The translations under genes were made by a program, and so were the position numbers. 64,000 nucleotides of DNA, taken from Nemertoderma westbladi (Eukaryota; Animalia; Xenacoelomorpha). The DNA lies in assembly GCA_032718475.1 (NCBI GenBank), contig JAUCBJ010006805.1, forward strand, positions 100,161 through 164,160, in the 5' to 3' direction. Below are positions 11,549 through 22,843 of this stretch, in pieces. Position 1 is the stretch's first letter. Each line of letters begins with the position of its first letter. The notes under the pieces were generated by a model. The model saw only the letters and a list, made by a program, of their open reading frames with translations, was not told the DNA's origin and did not search any database.

Positions 11549-13772
11549 GCTTCTTTGTTGCAGTAAGCAATAAAGTTGAAAGTACCGGTCAACCGGTAAA
11601 CCTGAACCGGTACATCTGTAGGTCAGTAGTCGGTAGGCCCAACCGCTAGAACCGGTACTTCTGTATTCCGTGGGCCTAGCTGTCCTAACCGGTACTTCCG
11701 TATAAGTACACTAGTATTATTCGATTTGATTGTTGTATACCGGTAGGTCTTAGTACTTAATCAGGGAACGGCCGCCCTGATTTTTTATTGAGATTTTACT
11801 TATTTCTGTCAAGTTTTATTTATTTGTAGGCCAGTATTGAACAGAAGGCGTGTAAGCCTGATCAGATTGTACAGACGATTTGTAGGCTGAGCTGTTGTCT
11901 GATTGCTGTTAAGTCCGAACGAATTGCAGTGTGTGTAGATCACCTGTCCGATTAAGTACGATTAGGCAGTAGGGGCAGCGAACGCTGTAAGGTAAACCCC
12001 CAACTAAAGAATAAGTCGCACTACTGGGTTAGAGCGCATACTCCCTAATCATTTCGGAGTCTGCATGTCCTGTAGTTTATTTAGGCTTGAGAGTAGTCTG
12101 CCATCGTTTAGTCTGTACTTTGTTTGTGTAAGTCTGTACGGGTAGCGTATAATTTTATTTAGATAATTTGTAGGCTGGATAGCTGTCTGGCTGTTATTAG
12201 GTCTGAGCGGATTGCCGCGTGTGTAGATCATCTGTCCGATTAAGTACGGTTAGGCAGTAGGGGCAGCGAACGCTGTAAGGTAAACCCCCAACTAAAGAAT
12301 AAGTCGCACTACTGGGTTAGAGCGCATACTCCCTAATCATTTCGGAGTCTGCATATACCGTAGTTTGTTTAGGCTTGATAGTAGTCTGTCAGTGTTCGGT
12401 CTGTATTTTGTTTGAGTAGTTTGTACGCGTAGCGTAATATTTATTATTCAGAGTTTATGCGATTATCAGCAACATTCATTCCCCAAGTTTGTTCCTACAG
12501 TAATTGTGTTTGTTATACATACCGTTATAGTTAAATTAACCCCGGTACTACACGGGCTGCTCGGCGTAGGTAAAGACTGGTGATTTTGTGCATCGGTCAC
12601 TCCAGCAGATGCCGTGGTTCCTTTAGCTGTTCAAGTATATTTAACTACTGATTATCTGTTGTACAAGTACTCGTACCTAATTTAGGGTTTAGTGTACAGT
12701 ACTTTCCGAAGTAATTATTGTAGGCATTATATTTGTGTTGTAAAGTGGTTGATAGGCACATTCGATTAGCTCTATTAACTTCTAGGTAGGAACACTCCGT
12801 GATACATAACGTAGAACCTATAGCGATACGGCTATAGGTCGTCAGGCGGTGGTATTTTCCTATCTAGACAACGCAGTGTATTTACTACTACTTATTATTT
12901 CAAATACCGTAGTACCCTGTCCGTTGTAATAACCGGTTATCTAACCCTTTGTTAGGCTGGTTTGTAGACTTCTTGTAAAATTACCCTAAAAAATTCGTAT
13001 TTTGTGTTTTTTGTAAATTTTTGTGTTTATTTAGAGATTGTAATCTCAACCCGAATCGTACGTAATTTGTAGTATTAAGTAACTTAGGTAAATTAGAATT
13101 ATTTGTTTTAGTGTCCTATAAGTAACACTTCACTGAAAGCGCACCGCTTTGTGTAGTGATTACTCCCCAGAAATAATAACATTTATTTCAAACATTGACA
13201 AAACCCATTAAACGGGTATATATATAGGCTATTATAAATCAAATCTAACGATTTATAAATAGTAGGCCTACCATACAACCATTAGGTCTCCATATCAGTT
13301 GGTCTACTGCTCAAATAGCGGTAATAAAGTAAGTAAAGTAACCAAGTAACCCTAAAAATTCAGAAATTCAGTTATTTAAAATAATTGATATACCGGTATT
13401 TATAATAGGCTTATTATATTTATTTCTATAAATTTTAGGTTGAAATCATACCGGTATTCTGTAATTAATTCTAGTCTGTAATTATACTTATATATATACA
13501 CTATAAGTGTAAACTGCATACCGGTATCCACGATAGGCCTATTATATATTTATATATATTTGTGCTAAAATTATATACCGGTTTCTGTGAAAAACCTAGT
13601 CTGTCATAATACTTATATATACCATAAGCATACCGGTATTCTAATATTATATATATCACGCTACACTGGGTAGCAGTATCGGTAATTAATTACTAGGCTA
13701 GCAGTTAATACTGAATTACTAGACTTGCTTAGACTGTAATATAGCAGTAGGCATTCAACTGTACAACCAAAC

Positions 13773-16700
13773 ATGTCTGACTCACAACAAACATTGTCAG
13801 ATAGTCTCTTAGAGGGTGTTAGAATGAGTATTCGACTTAGACAGCGTCTTAAAAGGATCTGTGACCAAGATCAAAGTATGGAACATCCCAGACCAAAGTC
13901 TAAGTCCCCTCCTACTGTGCGAAAGATCATCCCTCAAGTAGTAGTATCAGACCCTAGGCTAGTCCAACATCGTAGGTCTATCATAGGCACTCGAGCTCAG
14001 GTCAAGCGGGACCAAGAAGCAGCGGAACAGCAACAACCCGCGAGTCAAGAACTTATTCCTCAGCGGCCCAGCAGCTCCAGTAGTGAGGATACTGTAGAGC
14101 TGACGCCCAAACGCGGAGCGAAGATGGCGGATAAGGTTTATGATGAGTGGCCAACCTATGAAGAATCAACCGACGCCACTTCTTCTCAAGAAGAAAGCGA
14201 AGTGACAGCAGAGAAACCGCATAAGAGGGATGCTATTGACATCTATCTGTCAGACTATCAACGCTTTGTAGGAGATGAAGAGTTGAGGAGAAGGCTGGAG
14301 GGGCTTAGCCCTAATAGTGAAGGAACCAAGCTTGTGCTGGACGCAATCGATGCGGAAATGTTAGCTGCGAATCAGGCTAAATTTGATGAACAACTCCGCA
14401 TCACTAGAGTCCAAGAAGAGCAAGTAAAGAAAAAACTTATAGAAGACAGAAAGAAAATAGCAGCGGCCTTTGCAGCTGCAGTGGCAGAGGCAGAAAGAAA
14501 GGCGGCAGCGGCCAAGGCAAAAGCGGCAGAGGCAGCGGCAGCGGCCGAAGCTGAAAGAAAGGTGGCCGAGGCTGAAAGAAAGGCCGCAGAGGCAGTGGCC
14601 GAAGCGGAACGGAGGGCATCTGAAGAAAAAGTCAAACTAGAGTTGGATAATCTTCAAGAGAAGCACGATTACTTAAATAAACAGATAACGGCTAGTGATA
14701 TGCAGCTGATAAGTCGGACTACTTCCAAGAGACAGGGATTTACATCCTCTGATGAAGGAGATACAACAGATACTGAAGGCAAAAGAAATAGATCTCGTCT
14801 AGGCAGACGTAGAAGAACATCCCACCGTCAGAAATTGCCTGATTTGCCTCCAGCTGTTAGAAGACAACTAAATAACACCAACTTAGGTAGTACAGAACCC
14901 ACAGACCAAATAATTGAAATAGAAAGACTCCCTACTATAGTAGATGAGCCTGAAATAATTAGGCCTGTTCTTGAAATCACCCCTACGGTGATAGACACAC
15001 CTGTGCTCCCTGAAGCTACCTATAAATTCCCTCTGCATAGCACTAAGCTACCTGTGCCCCGTAGAACTGCCCAGGAGACAGTTCAGGTCCTGGACCCCGA
15101 GCGAAATATTCCAAATTTGTCGCCCGTTGTCCCTCGTCTGCCCGCTACGACGTTGGCGGATCCCGTTTCGGCGGTTGATTGGGTAGACGAGAGACGGCGG
15201 GGGATGGATATCCTGCTCGGGCAGATGCAGGAGACTGTCCAGCAGTTCAAGGGCACAGTAATGGAAAGTAGACTAGAGTTGCAAGAAGTGCAGCAAAGTA
15301 TCGCGTTAGAACGCGATAAATTAGTAAATACTCAAAGAGGTATACCACCACCCTCTGTAACAATGTGTCAACCTGTTAGGTCTGAAGTATCTCATGCGCA
15401 AGGTGTGGAGCCTACACGCATATATACTGCTAGCGAAGTAGAAACTCCTATAGTGAACCCTATTAAGGGTAATTATAGACCTGTTGATAATGATATTCCA
15501 CATAGAACTGATCATAATCCGAGAAATTTATATACCGATAACTCGATATTAAATAACACGATGGCCCAAGAAAGTTTTACGCGTCAAATGGCTAGAACCG
15601 AAGCCCGGCAAGCGGTAAAGGTGGGAGAGATCGTCAAGTTCAATGGAGATGAGATGAAATGGTTACCTTTTAATGAATATTATAAAGATAACATACAGAA
15701 CTCTGTACTATCTAACGGAGAGAAACTTAGATTCCTCATCGAATGTTTGGAAGGACCTCCCAAGTTAATGGCGTTAAAATTTATTGGACATCCAGATGGA
15801 TTAAGACAAGTTTGGGATACACTAAACATCAGGTATGGTAATAGGACTAACATAGCTAGGTATTTATATGCGAAATTAATGGCGCCCCGAAAGTTTCTTA
15901 GCAGCGGGATTATAGAGTTTTCCGATGAGATTCAGGAGATCTGTAGACAACTAGATTGGTTAGGTAAGTCTCATGAATACCAGAATTCTATGGTTGTAGG
16001 AGCCTTAGCATCTACTTTGCCCAAGGGTGGAGTAGGTACACGCTGGGACAAGAAAGTGTTATATATGATGGAACAACAACAACGAGACCCTACCATGGCT
16101 GATCTCATGTCATTCTTAGATGGAGAAGTGAAATTACAGCTCCTAAGACAGTCCAGAGAGAAGACACTGGAAAACAAGGTAAGTGAGAAACCCGTTTCTA
16201 GGAGAAGGGTAACACCAGTATGTTATACCTACGACGGTGAAAGCCAAACTTCTCAAGGAGAGGACAGCGGGAAAGACACTGACAGATCTTATTATGTCAA
16301 TAAATTGCCTAAAGATCAGGTAAGTAAATCCGAGTCTCGACCCAATGACAGAAGGGAACCGGTACAAAAAACCCTTCCTACGTCTCCTAAAAGAATTCAG
16401 GTGAGAAAGCCCGAGGAAAGAACAAGTGTGCACCACATAGCACAGGTTAAAGTAAGTAACATCAAGCCGAAATGTGTGCTGTGCGACGGGCCCCACCGTT
16501 TAAATGCGTGTGATAAATTCCTGAGGAAATCACTCGAGGATAGACGTGAAGTCATGTGGAATAAGCGGTTGTGTTATAATTGCCTCAGACGAGGACACCA
16601 ACGGCGAACCTGTAACTCCGACGCAAGGTGTGCAAAGTGCGGCGCAAAACATCATATCTTGTTGCACACGGAATTCGAACGAAACAGCCCGAGTCAGGTA

Positions 16701-18212
16701 AGTGAGTCCGAACTACATGTCCAATTCAGTGATGTGAACGACACTGATCAATCTGAGATGGAAGGATTCTATACGGACGAGTTCTCCGACCAAAACGAAT
16801 CCTGTTACCTAATAAACACCACCGCAGTGTATCGAGCACTCGTACATGAGAAAGACACAGACAGCGACCTTACCTTAACTACTTCCGATCAACAACCATC
16901 TTGGAAAGCGCCAACTTCCAATATAGGAATCCGAGAATTTCCTGTAGTTCAGTTACGGGTCCACGGACCTCAGAAGAGCTATATAGTGAACGCCCTCCTG
17001 GACTCCGGCAGCACAGGAACATTCATCGATAAAGAACTAGCCGAAGTCATCTTTGCTGGACAACCCAAGTTCCGAACCAAGCTAAACATGTCAGGGATCA
17101 TGCAGGTTTGGAATTATACTGTAGCTGCCGACTATTATATAGGTGAGTTGTCCACCCCCCAGGACGAACTAGGAGAACATAGCATCAGGTCAGTGAAAAT
17201 GGTGGCTATAAAGAACTTCGCTACTACTCAAGCAGACCTTTATAATTGGGACGAGGATGAGAGCATCCAACATCTTAACATACCTCGATTCCAGACTGAT
17301 TATCCTGGAGTGCAAATACTCATCGGCCAAAACGCGCATGAGGCGCTGGAGACATTAGAGAAACGGCCTGCTCAACCGCAGCCACTACAGACCTATGCGG
17401 TAAGAACTAGAGTAGGTTGGTACCTTACTGGACCTTCCCGTAGAATGCTCAGGGAAAGACTGCTTCAAGATCGCGTCTGCCAGGTGAGTGAATGGGAAGA
17501 TGATACTAGTGAGGGAGACGACCCAACTGAGGGAACACCACACTCCTCAGATAATGACAATCTTAGCTCCAATGTAGATCAATGGAGATATTGCCCCAAG
17601 AAGTTTAATCCAACGGACATCGCTTCCAGAGGAGCAACTCCTCAAGAACTGACAGATACTATAGACAGGTTAGGTGAACCCGACTTCCTGAGTAAGGAGA
17701 ATGAATGGCCTCCCCATCTTACTCCGACTGAGATTAGACCAGCCAAGGGAGCGGAGAAAGTCGAACCTGAAACCCGGACGGGTGGATCGGAGTTATTTGA
17801 ACCCGGGATAGATCTGTCGGTATTACATGTTGCCAGGGACGACGCCGTGGATCTGGGCCTCCCCTCCGCGAGTGGATCCTTCATGAAGATCAGAGAGAGC
17901 GATTGGAGCTCTGGAACATCAGACGTCTCGCAGGGACTCTCACCCCTCCTGCAGAGAGCGACGGACCACTATAGCTCCTGGAATCGGCTTTGTGACGCCG
18001 TCATATACTTTGAGCGATGTTTCTATCGTCACTATTCCAGGACGAAGAGGAAACCTGGAATTGTATTCAGGATGCAGCGACTCAATCACCCAGTCGGTCG
18101 TTTGTGTTTATCGGAAGGGAATGGAGGACTCTCCGGAAACTGTGGAAGGCAAGATTCTCTTCCCACGACCACCTCCCTAATCCTTCAAACATCTAGGGAC
18201 TCCATAACGTAA
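13773..18212 (+). CDS. gag: BEL/Pao Gag-protease polyprotein (1479 aa) with RT, most of RNase H and integrase deleted
   Basis: KFNGDEMKWLPF..KLRFLIECLEG BEL capsid-like region; three knuckles (CVLCDGPHRLNAC, CYNCLRRGHQRRTC, CAKCGAKHHILLH); protease ALLDSGS..LIGQ; then directly the RNase H tail QWRYCPKKFNPTDIASRG and YSSWNRL. No YxDD and no integrase. Confidence 0.9.
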   Translation: MSDSQQTLSDSLLEGVRMSIRLRQRLKRICDQDQSMEHPRPKSKSPPTVRKIIPQVVVSDPRLVQHRRSIIGTRAQVKRDQEAAEQQQPASQELIPQRPSSSSSEDTVELTPKRGAKMADKVYDEWPTYEESTDATSSQEESEVTAEKPHKRDAIDIYLSDYQRFVGDEELRRRLEGLSPNSEGTKLVLDAIDAEMLAANQAKFDEQLRITRVQEEQVKKKLIEDRKKIAAAFAAAVAEAERKAAAAKAKAAEAAAAAEAERKVAEAERKAAEAVAEAERRASEEKVKLELDNLQEKHDYLNKQITASDMQLISRTTSKRQGFTSSDEGDTTDTEGKRNRSRLGRRRRTSHRQKLPDLPPAVRRQLNNTNLGSTEPTDQIIEIERLPTIVDEPEIIRPVLEITPTVIDTPVLPEATYKFPLHSTKLPVPRRTAQETVQVLDPERNIPNLSPVVPRLPATTLADPVSAVDWVDERRRGMDILLGQMQETVQQFKGTVMESRLELQEVQQSIALERDKLVNTQRGIPPPSVTMCQPVRSEVSHAQGVEPTRIYTASEVETPIVNPIKGNYRPVDNDIPHRTDHNPRNLYTDNSILNNTMAQESFTRQMARTEARQAVKVGEIVKFNGDEMKWLPFNEYYKDNIQNSVLSNGEKLRFLIECLEGPPKLMALKFIGHPDGLRQVWDTLNIRYGNRTNIARYLYAKLMAPRKFLSSGIIEFSDEIQEICRQLDWLGKSHEYQNSMVVGALASTLPKGGVGTRWDKKVLYMMEQQQRDPTMADLMSFLDGEVKLQLLRQSREKTLENKVSEKPVSRRRVTPVCYTYDGESQTSQGEDSGKDTDRSYYVNKLPKDQVSKSESRPNDRREPVQKTLPTSPKRIQVRKPEERTSVHHIAQVKVSNIKPKCVLCDGPHRLNACDKFLRKSLEDRREVMWNKRLCYNCLRRGHQRRTCNSDARCAKCGAKHHILLHTEFERNSPSQVSESELHVQFSDVNDTDQSEMEGFYTDEFSDQNESCYLINTTAVYRALVHEKDTDSDLTLTTSDQQPSWKAPTSNIGIREFPVVQLRVHGPQKSYIVNALLDSGSTGTFIDKELAEVIFAGQPKFRTKLNMSGIMQVWNYTVAADYYIGELSTPQDELGEHSIRSVKMVAIKNFATTQADLYNWDEDESIQHLNIPRFQTDYPGVQILIGQNAHEALETLEKRPAQPQPLQTYAVRTRVGWYLTGPSRRMLRERLLQDRVCQVSEWEDDTSEGDDPTEGTPHSSDNDNLSSNVDQWRYCPKKFNPTDIASRGATPQELTDTIDRLGEPDFLSKENEWPPHLTPTEIRPAKGAEKVEPETRTGGSELFEPGIDLSVLHVARDDAVDLGLPSASGSFMKIRESDWSSGTSDVSQGLSPLLQRATDHYSSWNRLCDAVIYFERCFYRHYSRTKRKPGIVFRMQRLNHPVGRLCLSEGNGGLSGNCGRQDSLPTTTSLILQTSRDSIT

Positions 18213-19845
18213 CAACATATGGAGTGGGTGTGTGACTCTATTATTTTATATTATTTTATTATTTTTATATTTATGTATGTATTACTATGTAATTTTATTA
18301 TAATCGTTTTCTTTAATTTTATTCAGTAGAATGTTATTTTAGCGATCATTTAGTAGATTAGTGCAATATATTAGTGTTTATTACGTACGTAATTACTTAT
18401 AATATATATTTAGTGCGACGGCGAGAAATAATTATTTTTCTCTTTCCTTACTGTCCGTATCATATTATAAATACGTGACTACAGTAAGATGAAATATCCG
18501 TACTTATTAAAGTACAATAAAGCCACTACTATATTTAAGTATTATTGGTAGGCAGAGTATTAGGAATGCAAAGTTCAGATCCTCGTGTCTCGGCTAAACC
18601 AAGCTCTGGGTAGACCTTGGAAACGACTTGCCTCTTCACACTGACATTGCTTCGTGCGATATTGCTCTCATACCGTATATTAAATAATACATATAGTAGC
18701 GTGATGTCCCTTTAACAGTAGCGTATCACGCAAAATAAATCTGTTAAACCCTTTGACCATCTGTAATTCTAGTCGATTAAGATATCGCGGCACCCACCGA
18801 TATACTTGAAAGACAAATTCTAGAATCAGTGGTTAACGTCCCCAGACAAGTTCTGGAATAAATCGGTGCCCATCTCAAATATGAATTAGTTAATATTTAC
18901 AAATCAAATAAGTCAAAATCTGTAAAATTCAGATCCTTCAACGATTCTAGTCAATTAAGATATCGTAGCATTTACCGATATTCTTAAAAAAGACAATTGT
19001 CATAAAATTAAGGATCTTGTGTCCCTAGACATGTTCTAGAATCAAAATATGTCCATTTAATTATCAAATAATAAAATTTCAGGGAATAAATTTAAATTCA
19101 TGCCTTTTAATGAATTTAATAAATTGCCATTTTACGCAATTTATAAAGTTCCCAAAATTCCATTAATTAATAGATCAAGGGAGCGGAGATTTATCTTATC
19201 ATGCGTATGAGAGTGTGAAAGTCTCCCAAACATAGTCAATAGCCGATAAAATTCATAAAGTCATGTATAAAACAGAACATTGACTATTAAAGAATACTAT
19301 TAAATAACATCCCAGATCTGTATGCATTGGAATTACTCTAATTCTACCGCTAGCTTTGCATAATGTCACCATAGCAACAACCACGCTAGAATTAGAATTG
19401 AGTTAAAAGAACAATAGAAAGCTTGTCCCATTGAATAGCATAGGGAATAAATAGCGCACTACTAGTATCCAAGGATACATAATAATACAGTGACATTCTG
19501 GAAGGCATTGACTAACGGACAAATGGCTCGAATGTGTGTAATTTGTGACAAGTTGTGTGTGTGGTATTTGTGAGTTTGTAGGTGAATGTTACTGCTAAGG
19601 CGTGTTTACAGTAGCCAGTCGCAATCGTAAAGTAACCTAACTCTCCAAGGAATACCTGAAGTACATCTAAGCCTTTGGGACGGACAGTCGAGTGACTTGT
19701 GCCGGTTGTCGTTGTCGTTGTGCGGCTACGTCGTTGGCGAAAGTACGGCGGCGACGACACATTGGCGCTGAGGATCTCGTCCTGTCCGGGGGTTGATTGG
19801 GGTAGGCAGCGACGCCCGCTCGCCTAAATATAAACTCATTATAAT

Positions 19846-20565
19846 ATGGATAAACTCATATATAGCAGATATGACGGAGTTGATAGAAGATGGTCTTGGT
19901 ATCGGAGAGCGATATACTCTACTTTACAAGCGTTTGTTGATAGCTTAATACGCGGCGACGTTAGTCCAACTGCTGCGGAGGACGATGGTCGTTATATCGA
20001 ACCGCCAATGTCCCAAGAGCAGCTCCCGCGTGAGTTGGACTATAGAAAATTCGCTGCTCGATATACGCAGCGTAATGGTACGTATATGGGCTTCTTAACT
20101 ACTGGTCATCCTATCGATTTACACGATACGGACAATGTCGACACCAAAAGGGAAATGGTACGATTGAAATATCCTACCCAGCGGAGGCGGAACGATAAAC
20201 CGAGAATGGAACACGAGAATTCTATTCGAAACAGACTCGAAAGAGAAAACGTTGAGGAGCCGGATAAACGCAGCGACTTCAACGATTATCTGGAATTCCT
20301 GATAGAAACATATCTCAATATTGCCAGTCAACAAAATCTAGAAACTCGATATCCTCAAGGTATACATCATGACCGCATGGTAGAACTCAAACGGCTCGAT
20401 TCCCCTATGATGTATCTTACCGCCGATCGACCGCTACCTGTTGTACCGAATAGCTTCGAACGGATGGAGGAATATTGTAAGCTGGAGAAAGATCACTCGC
20501 GTTTCCCCTACAAGACGTACGTTTTTGGGTATTATTACGGTAAATGCCCTAGACCCAGCCAATAA
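19846..20565 (+). CDS. Unknown extra ORF of element A (239 aa; broken continuation to ~21387)
   Basis: ATG-initiated sense ORF between gag-pro and the 3' LTR; homolog in element B; frameshifted continuation (DPANKRKDINIHGNVVL..., MIRVP...). Confidence 0.6.
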   Translation: MDKLIYSRYDGVDRRWSWYRRAIYSTLQAFVDSLIRGDVSPTAAEDDGRYIEPPMSQEQLPRELDYRKFAARYTQRNGTYMGFLTTGHPIDLHDTDNVDTKREMVRLKYPTQRRRNDKPRMEHENSIRNRLERENVEEPDKRSDFNDYLEFLIETYLNIASQQNLETRYPQGIHHDRMVELKRLDSPMMYLTADRPLPVVPNSFERMEEYCKLEKDHSRFPYKTYVFGYYYGKCPRPSQ

Positions 20566-21458
20566 ACGGAAAGACATAAACATCCACGGAAACGTTGTGT
20601 TAAACACAGTGGTGTTCGTTATATTTACTGGAGTTTCGAGCGAAACTTGTTTGACGTATCACCTATGCTCACTCGGCTCTAACGATCCTAGAGTAAACCT
20701 ATGATCAGAGTCCCGTAATACTCGGTCAAACCTCCTCATTCCTTAGTTGGACCTCAGACCTGCGATCCTGGTGGTGTCGCGGATCCTCGCGGACGGTATT
20801 CACTGTTCAAGATCTAGTGCTACCCTAACAATTAATCGGTAACACTCCGACAGTGATTTCTAGCTAGCCGCCCATCTTACCTAGCCGGATTATGACGCAG
20901 ACACCTAATATCACTATCCAACCGTATGGTCGTCCCGTTTAACGCAATACAACCCTTCATCAAGGTGAAGGAGAGCGTTGTACGACACGAGTTAAACGCT
21001 ATTCTATAAAGATCAACAAAGAAACCTGCGTTTGTTCAGATAAACGTAAGTTATAACATTAAGTCCAATCGATAAACGAATTGGCCTTATCTCAGTTCGA
21101 TTGGGAAACCTCGAATCTCAAAGAAGATATCAAGCTTAGAAAACCCTATTCTCTGCGAGAGTTTTGGATGAACGTATCCCATGACAAGCGGAGGAAAATC
21201 AGCTCGAGGAGAAGCATATCGAAATGGACGAGACACCGACCGTAAACCCAAACCTTTTAATGCAATCATATTGCACCCTTCACCCAGGAGTTATGGCCCT
21301 CCTAGTAAAGTGGCTTCCCCCAAAGAGAAAAGGACTCTTGCTAGCCTTAAGAAACTGCGTAAACGCCGTCCGCGCAAGAAAGACTAACTGTATTTTTATA
21401 TTTTAGAAACTGTGATTTTGTATATTTTATAGACTTAAATCCCATTTTCTGGGAGCGG

Positions 21459-22674
21459 TGTAAAAGCTTTTGTGGGATAACTGATTCGTTTGCCTTGTTG
21501 GCCAGTTCCCCCCCAGTCGCTAAGAATACTCTCAAAGTGATCTACAGCTAAAAATAGTGCAAGTTACCAGCTTATTGGCTGATTTGCTGTACGCAGGCAT
21601 CTGGGCTCTGTTTAATCGGCCAACAAGCCTAGGGAGGTTGCGTCATAGCCTTGTTTTTGTATCTCCCAATAGAATTTTGAGTTAGCCTTGATTTGACCTA
21701 TCACAGAGTACTGAACTGAAAATTTCCTATCTCACTGCTCTTTCTCTGTGTTGAACGGGAGCTTCGTGGAATAAGAGTGGTTGGTATACTCGTATAGAGC
21801 AGTAGTCACGAGTTTTTCAAAGCCACGAAAGAACGGCTTTTTAGTGTTTTGTGCTTTCTGCTTTTTAGCTCAACACTAGTAGGTTTAATTACAAGGACAT
21901 ATATCCTTTAACTGACGAAACAAACACTCTGCAATTTCGTAATCACTGCATACTGCAGTACTGCATACACTGCATACTGTGTAACACTGTGCATACTTTT
22001 ATATTGTTATACTGCTATTTACTGTCAGTTCTTCATAATATGGTTGATGAATTATTATATTTGGAATAACGAGAAATAACCCCGAAACCCAATATTCTTG
22101 ATATACCGAAGGTAAGAGAGAAAGGTTACAGATAAACGATTGTGACTTATGTTAAAGTGGTTTGAAGTGAATCTAATGTTATTTGATAGACCCTACATGA
22201 GTCAGTCTGTGTTCCTTTTATATGTGACTAAAATCAGTGAAGATCGGCAGATTAGTGTGCAGTATTGTGCAGCATTGTGTATGAGTGAGTCTGTTAAAGA
22301 AGCATTCCTAAAGAATGCGCCATATATGTGAATTATAATTAAGCCATATCGTTGTGAGTAGTTTAAGTCATAACTCTGTTTATGTAGATAAAGCGCCACG
22401 TCCTAAAGGAACTGTTAATATTCCCGAAGGTAAATAATATTGTCAGAGATTATATAATACTGTCAGTCGAATAATACATTAGGCTTACATAGCAACAAAA
22501 TTAAACCGTCGAACCCAATCTCCCGGGAATATCCAGCGGGTGAATGGTCGCGCACGGATTGGTTTCGACTAGTGTAGTGAATCAAATACTTGTCATAGGC
22601 TAAAAAGCGATTTAATATCTAGAAGACATCTTAATTTGGCGGGTTAAACTGCCAAAGGTCTGAAAGCGCGAACA
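21459..22674 (+). repeat. 3' LTR of element A
   Basis: Direct repeat of 10319-11534, followed by TSD CGTGG. Confidence 0.95.
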
Positions 22675-22700
22675 CGTGGGAAAAGGGGGAAATAGAGTGA

Positions 22701-22843
22701 TACACTAGAACGGCCTTCCGTTGTAGGTACACTAGAACGCCCTTCCATTGAAGGTACACTAGAACGGCCTTCCGTTGAAGGTACACTAGAACGGCCTTCC
22801 ATTGAAGGTACACTAGAACGGCCTTCCGTTGAAGGTACACTAG
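22701..22843. repeat. 27-bp minisatellite, ~5 copies
   Basis: tacactagaacggccttcc(g/a)ttgaagg repeated head to tail, with no spacers. Confidence 0.9.

Larger units (their letters stand above)
10319..22674 (+). mobile_element. BEL/Pao LTR retrotransposon A, non-autonomous (Gag-protease only, plus a 3' extra ORF)
   Basis: 1216-bp LTRs at 10319-11534 and 21459-22674, TG..CA, no differences seen by eye; 5-bp TSD CGTGG (10314-10318, 22675-22679); purine tract gggagcgg before the 3' LTR. Confidence 0.95.

Noticed and set aside
14372-14635. Antisense ORFs over the gag, RTE and CRE coding regions
   Set aside because: Shadow frames of the real ORFs with no independent support.
19846-20565. env gene
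   Set aside because: No signal peptide, clear transmembrane anchor or recognisable fusion-protein pattern.
22701-22843. CRISPR-like array with palindromic repeats
   Set aside because: No unique spacers, no cas genes, eukaryotic context.
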